Notes under the pieces: generated by a model
Databases searched by the model: none
Seen by the model: the letters and a program-made list of their open reading frames with translations, nothing else
What the model was told of the DNA's origin: nothing
Shown here: positions 28,982 to 38,085 of the stretch, piece after piece
Numbering within the stretch: position 1 is the stretch's first letter
How the letters are laid out: every line of letters starts with the position of its first letter
Source of the DNA: Candidatus Micrarchaeota archaeon
GTDB taxonomy: Archaea; Micrarchaeota; Micrarchaeia; Norongarragalinales; UBA8480
Direction of reading: 5' to 3'
Length of the DNA: 64,000 bases
Assembly (NCBI GenBank): GCA_021812145.1
Contig: JAKAOM010000003.1
Location: 11,737-75,736 of the forward strand
Position numbers and translations under genes: made by a program

Positions 28982-29311
28982 GTGATTAGTGAAAAAACGG
29001 AAGGCAATTTAAGTAGTTTTGCGTTCTTTTTACTTCTATGAGTGTTGGAAGTGCAGTGTATGAACATGACAGGAGATGCTATAATTACCGCAAAACCAGT
29101 ATGTCAAAGCTTGATAAAAGCAGGTTAAGCGCATTGAAGGCTGCTTGAGTTTTGATAAAGAAAGATTTCATAAGTATTATGGAATTAACAAACAAAATTA
29201 TTCTGACTACATTAAAGAAATGGAGTTCTGATTCAACCACAGAAAAGAACCACTTTATCCATTACTAATCCAGCATAATACTCCAATTTGCTCCTAAAAT
29301 TCACTAATCAC
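28982..29311 (+). mobile_element. Decayed IS1595-family element / MITE with 12-bp perfect terminal inverted repeats
   Basis: GTGATTAGTGAA (28982-28993) and TTCACTAATCAC (29300-29311). The interior reads IEGCLSFDKERFHKYYGINKQNYSDYIKEMEF*FNHRKEPLYPLL, an IS1595 transposase C-terminal signature with an in-frame stop. Confidence 0.6.
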
Positions 29312-29312
29312 A

Positions 29313-29530
29313 TTATATTTTATAACTGCTACCCACATGCTTCTTTTTTTCGCTGTTGTGTTTTTCCTCGCTTCCTACCGCGTAGATTTTGTCTATTCTA
29401 GCCCCTCCGCTGACGTGGAATTTGGCTGATTTTGCAAAGACTTTTCAGTAGGGGTTCTCGAGTTTTGCTTTTCTTGTTTTTTTAATGAAGTTTTTGGCTG
29501 TTTTTCTCGTGTGGTTGTCGTATTTTTGAA
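29313..29530 (-). pseudogene. 3' fragment of a paralog of 29880..30926
   Basis: The reverse complement encodes ...ENPY*KVFAKSAKFHVSGGARIDKIYAVGSEEKH, against RFHVSGGARIDKIYAGGSEEKH at the C-terminus of the intact gene. It has an internal stop and abuts the IS remnant. Confidence 0.5.
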
Positions 29531-29879
29531 GATTTACTTTTTGCGAGACATACTGCTTTATAACTTTCTCTAATAATACTTGATGTTGCTATTATCATAA
29601 ATTTAAATGTTTAAAATACTTCAGTATAATGAAGTAAATTACATATTTTAGTTCAATATATTGAATTATTTTTGACTAGTTTAAACCATATTATAGCCAT
29701 ATTTTACATCATTCACAAGAAAAGTAAAAGAAAGCCTTCTGTGAATAAATCTTGCAGCAGTTGAATTCCATTTTTTTATAAATCCATTTTATCGCATTTT
29801 TATGTGATTATAGTGCTTTTCAAAAAATTTATTTTAAGTACCTCCAGCGTGTTTTTAACACATTCAACGTTAAATCTGC

Positions 29880-30926
29880 TTATTTTTGATAGACGTATGA
29901 CACTGCGATTCCCAGGCCTCTGTGTTTCTCCTCACTTCCTCCTGCATAGATTTTGTCTATCCTCGCCCCACCGCTTACGTGAAATCTGAGTGTGTCCTCT
30001 GGTTTTCTTCCCAGAAGTTGGAAGTATTCTTCAATGCCGAATTTCCTTCCTTTGTAGAGTTTTTTGATAAGACTCCTGTTTTTATTTTTGAATCTTTGGA
30101 ACGCGCCTGGCTTGTTGTCTATGCTTCCTTGCAGAAGCCTCCATTTTAGTTTTTCTCCATCAATCATATTTTTAGTCAGTTCTTGAAATTCTGACAGTTT
30201 TTTTGTAAGCTTTTCGTTCTCTTTTTCGTTCTTATGCGTTGCGCTTATGATTTCTCCGTTTTTATCTCTTTTTATGTCCATATCTGATTTTTTGAACAAA
30301 GATTCGGTGTGGTAAAGTCTTTCCATAGCTATTCTTTCCTGAGTTTTTTTAGGCAGTCTGAGAAAGCTTTTTTCATCCTTTAGTTTGACGTTGAATTTTT
30401 CCTCTATGTAACTCTTGAATTCAGCGTTTTTGAACAGCATTTTGTTAAGATCCTGTATAGGGCTGTGCGTTCTTATTTCAAGTCCTTTGTATCTTCCCAT
30501 AAATGCGGAGAAACCGTTAACCACCGTTTCTCCAATAGTTTTGGCATGATCTAGGTGTTGTTTTCTAAGTTCGTGTGCTATGCGCACGTCTTTTACCTTT
30601 ACATCAGGATCTACTGTTAACTGATATAAGGTTAGTTTGTCTCCTTTTTTGTCCATCCTTTCTTTAATGTTACCATATCCTATATGTTCACTCCAGGATG
30701 GTTTGAAGTCTTTTGTTATTATCCCGCTCATTTGTCCTATGACTTTTTCCTGTTTTCCCTCTCTTTGGTTCAATACTGCAACGAATTCTATCCCGTCGTT
30801 TACCCTGTTTTTTAATTCTTTTTCATCTACCTTCCGGTCCCACCTGCTATTTATCAATTTTTTAATACCTTCAATGTCCTTTTCCTCTGCCTTTCTGAAT
30901 CTTATATCGCTAGCGGATATTTCCAT
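29880..30926 (-). CDS. Hypothetical protein, possibly with an N-terminal GNAT-like acetyltransferase domain
   Basis: The N-terminus IRFRKAEEKDIEGIKKLINS resembles GNAT starts. The remaining 348 aa are not recognisable. Confidence 0.35.
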   Translation of the reverse strand: MEISASDIRFRKAEEKDIEGIKKLINSRWDRKVDEKELKNRVNDGIEFVAVLNQREGKQEKVIGQMSGIITKDFKPSWSEHIGYGNIKERMDKKGDKLTLYQLTVDPDVKVKDVRIAHELRKQHLDHAKTIGETVVNGFSAFMGRYKGLEIRTHSPIQDLNKMLFKNAEFKSYIEEKFNVKLKDEKSFLRLPKKTQERIAMERLYHTESLFKKSDMDIKRDKNGEIISATHKNEKENEKLTKKLSEFQELTKNMIDGEKLKWRLLQGSIDNKPGAFQRFKNKNRSLIKKLYKGRKFGIEEYFQLLGRKPEDTLRFHVSGGARIDKIYAGGSEEKHRGLGIAVSYVYQK

Positions 30927-30959
30927 ACTTTTGTTAGGACTATTAAAGTTTTAAAGGGT

Positions 30960-31604
30960 TTATGCTCTGGCAGTTATGAAATTTGGCCGTATTGTTTGAG
31001 TGTCAAAGAGAACTGCTTTTTTGAACATTAGAGACGCCACCTTAACAACTTTTGTGTTTCCTATCATTTCAACCCCTTCTTTTTTGTGCACGTGACCGCA
31101 GAAGTTGAGCAAGGGTTGATATTTTTCTATTATTTCTTTTATTGAAGTGCTTCCGATGTGCATTCCCCTCTCTTCATCAAACACTCCAAAGGGCGGGGTG
31201 TGGGTTACAAGAATTGTTTTACCTCCTTTTGCCTTTTGAAACAGTTTTTCCAGGCCATTGTATATTTCGCTCTCGCTTTTCTCGTTCACTGTGTGGAACG
31301 GCCCGCGCGGGCTGGAGCCGAACCCTATGAATGTGAATTCTTGAATCCTTCTTACTTCATTGTCTATGCTCACTCCTTTTTTTCTGAAGTATTCCTGCAG
31401 TTCTGGGTTTTCGTTGTTTCCGTTTATTGTCAGAGTTTTTTCAGGCTTCGTTATATCAAGCATTCTTTCAGCGTAGTCCACCGAATCAACGGCAGAATCA
31501 CCCAATATAAGCGTTAAGTCTGGATTGTTCTCCTTTTCGATAATTTCAAGAGTTTCAAGCGCTTCCTCTTCTGAGTGAAGATCAGATGCAGCAAGTATTT
31601 TCAT
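30960..31604 (-). CDS. Calcineurin-like metallophosphoesterase
   Basis: ASDLHSEE, LGDSAVD, NGNNE, VTHTPP and CGHVH. Confidence 0.8.
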   Translation of the reverse strand: MKILAASDLHSEEEALETLEIIEKENNPDLTLILGDSAVDSVDYAERMLDITKPEKTLTINGNNENPELQEYFRKKGVSIDNEVRRIQEFTFIGFGSSPRGPFHTVNEKSESEIYNGLEKLFQKAKGGKTILVTHTPPFGVFDEERGMHIGSTSIKEIIEKYQPLLNFCGHVHKKEGVEMIGNTKVVKVASLMFKKAVLFDTQTIRPNFITARA

Positions 31605-31606
31605 TA

Positions 31607-32002
31607 TTACAACCTTTCTTTTGATGCTTCAAACTCTTTGATTATGTTTTTGTCATAGGTTGCTATTTTTGATTGCGTTGTAAGCGCTAGATGAACTATC
31701 GAAGCGTCTATGAAGCTTAGCTTGTGTCTTTGTTTTTCAAATATTTTGATAGTGCTTTCAAAATCGTAGTAATCGAGGTGGTATATTTCAACATTTTCAG
31801 TGCTTTTGATTGCTTCAATAAATGATATCGCTTTTTGTAATCCTGCTTTATTGTTGAGAACTGTTGCTGTTTCGTTAACAACATAATCGCTTATAAGTTG
31901 TGTTTCCATTTCAATCTTTTTCATTTCTGAAATCGCCTGTTGGTGAAAGGCGTCATCTTCGTGTAAGAGCGCTACCAAAAAGGAGGTGTCAATTATTATC
32001 AT
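31607..32002 (-). CDS. vapC: PIN-domain toxin (VapC-like)
   Basis: MIIIDTSFLVALL.., with later acidic residues (SDYVVNE, SFIDAS). It overlaps the upstream antitoxin gene by 4 bp. Confidence 0.8.
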   Translation of the reverse strand: MIIIDTSFLVALLHEDDAFHQQAISEMKKIEMETQLISDYVVNETATVLNNKAGLQKAISFIEAIKSTENVEIYHLDYYDFESTIKIFEKQRHKLSFIDASIVHLALTTQSKIATYDKNIIKEFEASKERL

Positions 32003-32232
32003 TTATATATCACTTCATCTACGTTTGTGCTTAGATTCTTTCCTCCTCCTTTGAATTTGATTTTTTCATACGCTTCAAGAAGGCTTTTATACTTCTTTTT
32101 GGTTTCTGTCTCTTTTCCAAACATCATAAGGTTGCGTATTGCTTCAGCCGTGCTGAGATTATGCTGTATTGCATAATCATGTATAATATGCCTTGTTTTT
32201 TCATCCACGCCGCGTATTGTATAAGTGCTCAT
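31999..32232 (-). CDS. vapB: VapB-type antitoxin (RHH-like)
   Basis: The 77 aa begin MSTYTIRGVDEKTRHIIHDYAIQHNLSTAEAIRNLM, a beta-strand plus two helices. It is coupled to the PIN gene. Confidence 0.6.
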   Translation of the reverse strand: MSTYTIRGVDEKTRHIIHDYAIQHNLSTAEAIRNLMMFGKETETKKKYKSLLEAYEKIKFKGGGKNLSTNVDEVIYK

Positions 32233-32269
32233 GCTGATATTATTTAAAAACTTAAACTTTTAAATGTTT

Positions 32270-32285
32270 GTATTACGTGTAATAC
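32270..32285. other. 16-bp palindrome GTATTAC-GT-GTAATAC in the 60-bp spacer where strand codon bias flips
   Basis: Read directly from the sequence. It is the only obvious structured element between 32232 and 32293. Confidence 0.5.
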
Positions 32286-32292
32286 TGTTGTT

Positions 32293-33015
32293 TCAGCTTC
32301 CGAGTATGCTTTGAAGCTGGGCTGGGGATTGGACTCCCACGTAAATCTTGCCGTTAATGAAAAAAGTAGGGGTTCCCTGCACTCCTAGATTTCTCCCAGT
32401 CTGAGTATCCTGCATCACGCTGCTGTTGTACTTTCCGCTTTCAAGACAGGAGTTAAACTCGCTTGAATTCAACCCAAGGTTCAAGGCATATTTTTCCAGA
32501 TTGGTAACGCTCGCCCAACCGCTGTTCTCCCCGCCCTGATGCGAATACAGATAATTATGATAATTCCAGTACTGCCCCTGATCGCCTGCGCAGCGAGCGG
32601 CTTCGGCAGCGCTTAAAGAGTCAGGGCCTATAAGAACAAAATCCCTGAAAGCGAAAACAGCCTTTCCCGAATTCACATAATTCATTATTGTTTGTTCAGA
32701 TTCGTTGTAGAAAAGCCCGCAGTAAACGCACTGATAATCGGCGAATTCTACAATCTGGTTTGGAGCCGAAGCGTTTCCAATGTAATCGCTCCCAAGAGGA
32801 ACGACTAAACCCTTGCTGGTTGTGTTTTGGCCTGAATTAACGGTTGTTGAATTGTTCTGGCTTGAAGCGTAAACATTTAAATTCCCGTTAGAATTCAGCT
32901 GGCCTGTGCTAACAACCGAGTTTGAAATAACCCCCGCCCCGTAAATAATAGCCACTGAAATCAAAACCGCTGCTACTATCACTGCAATCCAAGTGTAATC
33001 TTTTCCCTCTTTCAT
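32293..33015 (-). CDS. DsbA-like thiol:disulfide oxidoreductase, membrane-anchored
   Basis: EFADYQCVYCGLF (CxxC), an N-terminal TM helix and C-terminal GVQGTPTFFINGK. Confidence 0.8.
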   Translation of the reverse strand: MKEGKDYTWIAVIVAAVLISVAIIYGAGVISNSVVSTGQLNSNGNLNVYASSQNNSTTVNSGQNTTSKGLVVPLGSDYIGNASAPNQIVEFADYQCVYCGLFYNESEQTIMNYVNSGKAVFAFRDFVLIGPDSLSAAEAARCAGDQGQYWNYHNYLYSHQGGENSGWASVTNLEKYALNLGLNSSEFNSCLESGKYNSSVMQDTQTGRNLGVQGTPTFFINGKIYVGVQSPAQLQSILGS

Positions 33016-33078
33016 GCTTTTAACATTTTGAACGGATTGTTTAAATTCCTTTTGATTGATTTTGAACGAAAAGCGGTT

Positions 33079-33567
33079 TTAGGCATAGCCGACCCTGCAA
33101 GATTCGCAGTTAGCGTCTATTTTATTTGACGTTAGATAAATGGAAACTAGAAGCAGGAGAATGGTAGCTGCTTTTATCTCAGATGAATATTTTGAAAGTA
33201 TAAGCATTCCCGGAAGGCCTATGAAGGAAATGAGGAAAACCGCGCAGGCAGTGCAGGTTGCCACCCCTGTAACCCCTGCTATCAACCCTGCCATGAAAGC
33301 GCTCAAACCTCCCACCACTCCCCTTTTCGAAATTCTCCCAATAACGTCGAAAGAATACAGTTGAAGAGTCAAACTCAAAGCGAAAAGAATTGAAACGATT
33401 AGAATGAAAGCATAATCCAACCCGGTGATTGTATTAGACGCGTTCAATGGATTGTAGGGAATCGTGGTCAAGGCAAGATAAAAAAGAATCGCTGAAACAA
33501 CCGCTATTATTATTGAAATCGAAAGATATTTTAGGTTGGAACAGCATTTTTTTATGTTATTTAGCAT
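33079..33567 (-). CDS. 4-TM membrane protein with CxxC pairs (candidate redox partner of the DsbA-like protein)
   Basis: ATCTACAVF lies within TM3, CESC is C-terminal and a CC pair sits near the N-terminus. It is adjacent to the dsbA-like gene on the same strand. Confidence 0.45.
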   Translation of the reverse strand: MLNNIKKCCSNLKYLSISIIIAVVSAILFYLALTTIPYNPLNASNTITGLDYAFILIVSILFALSLTLQLYSFDVIGRISKRGVVGGLSAFMAGLIAGVTGVATCTACAVFLISFIGLPGMLILSKYSSEIKAATILLLLVSIYLTSNKIDANCESCRVGYA

Positions 33568-33901
33568 ACTTCTTCATGAAATCCTTTATGAAAGGAAGAG
33601 TGTATTTTTTACCTTCAAGAGCCTCATACATAAGGTAAAGCCACACAACAAGGAAAACTACTCCGAAAACAAAGCTTAAAAACCAAATTATAACCTGAGT
33701 GAATGGAATGAATGAAATTAAAAATTCGATTATCCTAAGAACAATCCACACAACAAGGAAAACAACGCTTACAACAATCGACTGAATAGAGTGAAATTTT
33801 ACAAAATCGTCATCCTCCTTGAAAACAAGCATTAAAATCCCGCTTAAAACAAGCAAAACGTAAGAAGCGGCCGCCAAAACATTGCTATCTCCTTTTTTCA
33901 T
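33557..33901 (-). CDS. DUF4870-like small membrane protein
   Basis: LAAASYVLLVLSGILMLVFKEDDDFVKFHSIQSIV is the family's signature N-terminus. Confidence 0.5.
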   Translation of the reverse strand: MKKGDSNVLAAASYVLLVLSGILMLVFKEDDDFVKFHSIQSIVVSVVFLVVWIVLRIIEFLISFIPFTQVIIWFLSFVFGVVFLVVWLYLMYEALEGKKYTLPFIKDFMKKYAK

Positions 33902-34029
33902 AACTTCACAATAACGTTTTAAATGCTTTTAAAACTTTCCTTTTGAAGAATCTTTTTTTTCAAATACCAAAAAGATTAAAAAGGATTCAAGAGAATTTTC
34001 TAAAAAATCCAAAAGGTTTGCAAAAGCGA

Positions 34030-37000
34030 ATGAAAACAAAAGGCCAAGGCGCTCTCGAATATATATTATTACTAGCCGGCGTTTTGCTTGTAGTTGCAAT
34101 AGTGGTGGTGATACTTAAAAGCATTGTTTTAGCGCCTGCTTACCAGAACGTCAATTCCTCAAACGCGGTTCTTTCAGACCTTGAAAACGTCAACATTGCA
34201 TTGCCATCAAACAGCTTGTTTTACATTAGTTTTCCTGGCGGCCCTTTAAGTCTAACTTCAGGCCAGGCGGTATTGTTCGTTAATAATAACGACACGGCCC
34301 AAAACCTTACTGTTCTAAACCCAGACGGAAGCACCTACTATACATCAACACTGCAGCCGGGCCAGAACGTAACGCTAACCTTCACAAATTCAGGCAACTA
34401 CCAAGCTTCTTTCACAGGTTCAAGCGGAGTTCAAACCATAACCGTTTCAGGAGGTTCAACCCCCCCATCAAGCAACTGCGCGCCGCCAGCAACAGGAAAT
34501 TGGGTGGTAAGTGGAAGCGTGGTTTGCAGCAGTACCACCATAATATTAAATGGAAGTTTGATAGTGAACTCTGGAAACAGCATTTCTCTTAACAGTGTAA
34601 CGCTTCAAATCAACGACTCGTCAGGAGTGGGAATAAACATAAACGGAGGAAGCGCGAACATTCAAAGCAGCGTCATAAACAATTACACTTCAACCACATT
34701 CAACTTCACAGTAGCCAGCGGTTCAAACTTCACTCTTCAAGGCTCGACAATAAGCGGTTTGAACACAGGAGTGGCTTTTCTAGTCGAATCAAACAACGCT
34801 CAAATAATATCAAACACAATTCAAGGTGACTACGCTTTAACCGTTTTCAACGCTACCAACGATATAATACAAGGCAACACTCTTCAAGGCAACACAAGAG
34901 GGCTTTACCTTGTAAACTCAAGCTACGATACGATTTCAGGAAACAACATTCAATCCAATTCTGGAAGCCTTTTTGTGAATTTTAATGGCGCAAGTCTAAT
35001 CGGAACCAGCGCTGGAAACGTTTACAGCCAAAACACTTTCAACAACCTGCCCTCTGGCACCGACTTAATAATTGGCGCTACAAACGGGGATTCAGTAAAA
35101 TACAACACGTTTGAAAACTCACAAAATGGTTTAGAAGTAGGCATTAACCAGAACATGCTTATAACCGAAAATCAATTCACAAACCTCGAACAGGTTGGAA
35201 TAACCCTTATCTATGAAGACTCTGCAAACACTGTAACTTCAAACACCTTCAGCAACGTTGGGCAGGGAATTTCAATTCAAGACTCTTACGGAGATATAAC
35301 CGTTCAATCAAACACGTTCACCAACAGCAGCGCGGTTTATGTTACAAACTCCACCTCAGATAATGTAATCTCGAACACGTTCAACCTTTACCCAGGCCAA
35401 ACAGGAGTGTTATACTCCAGCAACACCGCTAACCTTCTTGTAAACTCAAACACTGTCAATAACGGGGACTACGGCTTCAACGGACCTGTGGGAGGAGGAA
35501 GCAATTTTTCAAACATAACCATATCAAACAACGTTTTTTCAGGCCAGGCGGTGGACGCTATACACCTGTATAACATTGAAAACTCCACAATAACCGGAAA
35601 TACAATCTACAATTCAGCAGGCTATGGAATCGACGTTTTCGGAAGCAACAACTCTAATATTTCAGGCAACACAATCCAGAACAGCACTACTTTGGACGTT
35701 CAGGTTACCTACAATTCAGGTTGTTCCTCCCCATCAAATAACACGCTGATTCAGTCAAACAACTTCTCTTTCGGAGTTTTCCGCTCAACAACAGACAGCG
35801 CTGTAAACGACGTTGGCGTCTGCTCTGACTGCAACAATTCAGGTTCAGGAACTATCACAAGCATTCTTCAAAACCTGCCTAACAATAATTCAATAACCGT
35901 AAGTCAAGAAACCTGCCCGACCCCGCCAAGCTCAGGTTGCCCTTACGTAGAAACTTCAACCAACGGAGATTGGACGTATCAAGGAGGGACAATCCTGGGT
36001 TTGGTTACACCCTACCTTGCCGCCTGGAGGACAGAAAAACTCTACAACACCGGCGCTTCTACCAATCTGTCTGTTATGATTCATGAAATCCCTTCGGAAA
36101 CCGGCTATTACAATGGGTTTAAGCTTTTGGTTGTGGACCACCCCACCGGGCAAGCCTTCTTTAACCAAGATGAGGATTCAACTCCCTTAATTGTAAACAA
36201 TCCTTTGAATGTTTTGAACTGCACTGACTCCTACGATAGGAATTGCCTGCCCCAGATTCAAAATAACGAGTTCTCATTCCTTCAAGGTAAGTCCGCAATT
36301 CAAGGCTTTACAATCCTAAACCAGCAGAACGCGGCCCAAAACGCTTGGTTCTCCCCGATCAACTTTTCAAATCCACTACAACTCAATGATTGGATTCAGC
36401 TAACCCTGCCTTCAGGATGGAAGAATGCCTCTGAAATAAAACTTTTGGTAACCGGAACCGCTACCGGCTTGAACTCTCTTGCAGAAGACTACTGGGGAGA
36501 GAACGGTTTTAACCACAATATCGTAGGGTTTTTAATTCAAAACACTCCTCTGGCAGATATTGTAAAGAAAGGCATTTACTACTTCTCGAGTTTCAGTGTT
36601 GAAGCCCAGCAGGCCGACGGTTCCTGGAAAGTTGTTGTGGGAAACAACAATTGCGTTTTGGATGACTACAAAACGTGCGCTATATCCATTCCTGTTGAAG
36701 AAGTTCAAACAGGAAGGGTTAGAATTGTTGAACCCGCCTTTGTCAACGTTATTGATTCTGTTAAAGTCGACTATACACCAAGCTTTGCCTTTGTCTCTTC
36801 CATTCTCCCTTCAAGCATTAACGCAGAAGGCATTTCTTACGCCGAGAGCAATTCAGGTCTTTTAACTAGTGAATTAACAGTTCCGGAGAACAATTTCGTT
36901 ATTGTCAATTTTACAGGACTTCCCCCAGTAAAACCTGGCTTTAAGAGAACCTATTTCCTTGACTTCAACGGCTGGTACGACCCGCAACCAATTCAGGATT

Positions 37001-37167
37001 TGAGTTTAATACAAAAAACAATAAACAGCCTTAAACTTGCCGACGCTATAAGCCAGGTTGCTTTTTTGGGCTCTCCAATTATAGAAGAGCAGATTTTCCT
37101 GAAAGCCTATCCTGAAAGCGTTATTTGCAATGTTTTCGCTTCAAAATTCTGCGTGAAAAGTGATTAA
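34030..37167 (+). CDS. Giant pilin-signal adhesin-like protein with parallel beta-helix (PbH1/NosD-like) repeats
   Basis: The ATG at 34030 gives MKTKG|QGALEYILLLAGVLLVVAIVVVIL, a class III signal peptide. More than 15 repeats of the type N-x-I-x-G-N-T/ISNN follow, then a ~430-aa C-terminal domain. Confidence 0.75.
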   Translation: MKTKGQGALEYILLLAGVLLVVAIVVVILKSIVLAPAYQNVNSSNAVLSDLENVNIALPSNSLFYISFPGGPLSLTSGQAVLFVNNNDTAQNLTVLNPDGSTYYTSTLQPGQNVTLTFTNSGNYQASFTGSSGVQTITVSGGSTPPSSNCAPPATGNWVVSGSVVCSSTTIILNGSLIVNSGNSISLNSVTLQINDSSGVGININGGSANIQSSVINNYTSTTFNFTVASGSNFTLQGSTISGLNTGVAFLVESNNAQIISNTIQGDYALTVFNATNDIIQGNTLQGNTRGLYLVNSSYDTISGNNIQSNSGSLFVNFNGASLIGTSAGNVYSQNTFNNLPSGTDLIIGATNGDSVKYNTFENSQNGLEVGINQNMLITENQFTNLEQVGITLIYEDSANTVTSNTFSNVGQGISIQDSYGDITVQSNTFTNSSAVYVTNSTSDNVISNTFNLYPGQTGVLYSSNTANLLVNSNTVNNGDYGFNGPVGGGSNFSNITISNNVFSGQAVDAIHLYNIENSTITGNTIYNSAGYGIDVFGSNNSNISGNTIQNSTTLDVQVTYNSGCSSPSNNTLIQSNNFSFGVFRSTTDSAVNDVGVCSDCNNSGSGTITSILQNLPNNNSITVSQETCPTPPSSGCPYVETSTNGDWTYQGGTILGLVTPYLAAWRTEKLYNTGASTNLSVMIHEIPSETGYYNGFKLLVVDHPTGQAFFNQDEDSTPLIVNNPLNVLNCTDSYDRNCLPQIQNNEFSFLQGKSAIQGFTILNQQNAAQNAWFSPINFSNPLQLNDWIQLTLPSGWKNASEIKLLVTGTATGLNSLAEDYWGENGFNHNIVGFLIQNTPLADIVKKGIYYFSSFSVEAQQADGSWKVVVGNNNCVLDDYKTCAISIPVEEVQTGRVRIVEPAFVNVIDSVKVDYTPSFAFVSSILPSSINAEGISYAESNSGLLTSELTVPENNFVIVNFTGLPPVKPGFKRTYFLDFNGWYDPQPIQDLSLIQKTINSLKLADAISQVAFLGSPIIEEQIFLKAYPESVICNVFASKFCVKSD

Positions 37168-37169
37168 AA

Positions 37170-37601
37170 ATGAACATAACAAGAATAACAATAGGCGTTT
37201 TCGGATTGGCAGTGCTTCTAATAGCAGTCTACTTTCTTTTCCTATCCCAAAGCCAAACCGCTCAAGGCGGGCCTTCAGCCACTACTTCAAACGTTTCAAA
37301 CCCCCTCCCTCCTTCAATGCCATCAGGGCAAACCTCCCTCCCGACAAACTCCTACACCCAATTGAACTTCTCTTTTCCAGGAGAGCAGCTTCAAGTAAAG
37401 AATTATTATGTCAAAATGCTAAACTACACTAACACCACTGCCTTTCTTCAGCTTTTAGATTCAAACCAACAAGTTTTGGGAAGCCAAACGCTGCTTTTGA
37501 ACGAGCCCTTCTCAACCACCTACTACACCGCTGTTTTGGAAAGCGTTTCAAACGGCTCGGTAAACGTCGGTGTTGAAATAAATGGGGTTGTAATCAAATA
37601 A
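37170..37601 (+). CDS. Small signal-anchored secreted protein
   Basis: ITRITIGVFGLAVLLIAVYFLFL is the TM helix. It starts 3 nt after the adhesin stop. Confidence 0.5.
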   Translation: MNITRITIGVFGLAVLLIAVYFLFLSQSQTAQGGPSATTSNVSNPLPPSMPSGQTSLPTNSYTQLNFSFPGEQLQVKNYYVKMLNYTNTTAFLQLLDSNQQVLGSQTLLLNEPFSTTYYTAVLESVSNGSVNVGVEINGVVIK

Positions 37602-37743
37602 AACTCTTGGGTAATTTTTCATAAAACAGGGTAAAAGATTAATTAGCGCGCTATAAAAAACGCAGGGTTTGAACTACTGTAAAATTTTTTCAATAGTTAG
37701 TTTTTTAAAACACCCCTGCTTTAAAATTAAATAAGGTGATGCT

Positions 37744-38085
37744 ATGATGGACGAGTTTGATAAGGCGAGAGATTTGGGATTGATTGGTTTGGGGCTTCTG
37801 GCGGTTTCAACCTCTAAATTGGTTTCCAAGGTTGACGACATGATAGCTAAAAACCAGGTTAATAAAAAAGAGGGGCAGAAACTGATAAAAACACTCAAAC
37901 AGGAGGGAGAAAACAGGAGAATGGAAGTTGAAAACCTCGTCAAAAACGAGTTGAAAGACTTCTACAAAAACGTCTTCGTTTCAAGAAAAGACTTTGAAAA
38001 ACTGGAGAAAAAAATTGAAGCGATAGAGAAAAAAATAGAGAAAAACCTGGGTAAAAACCTAAATTCAAAGAAAAGAAAAAAGTGA
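37744..38085 (+). CDS. K/E-rich helical protein (phasin-like?), directly upstream of ubiB
   Basis: 113 aa, probably coiled-coil, ending in the A-rich run AAAAGAAAAAAGTGA. Confidence 0.45.
   Translation: MMDEFDKARDLGLIGLGLLAVSTSKLVSKVDDMIAKNQVNKKEGQKLIKTLKQEGENRRMEVENLVKNELKDFYKNVFVSRKDFEKLEKKIEAIEKKIEKNLGKNLNSKKRKK

Noticed and set aside
33943-34029. Upstream start (33943) for the giant adhesin ORF.
   Set aside because: The extension (MKNLFFQIPKRLKRIQENFLKNPKGLQKR) would bury the class III signal peptide. The ATG at 34030 gives the canonical MKTKG|Q... prepilin-type N-terminus.
37160-37432. 90-aa ORF overlapping the start of 37170..37601.
   Set aside because: The alternative frame 37170..37601 has a clear signal-anchor helix and starts right after the adhesin stop. 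The 37160 frame is Arg/Ser/Pro-rich noise.
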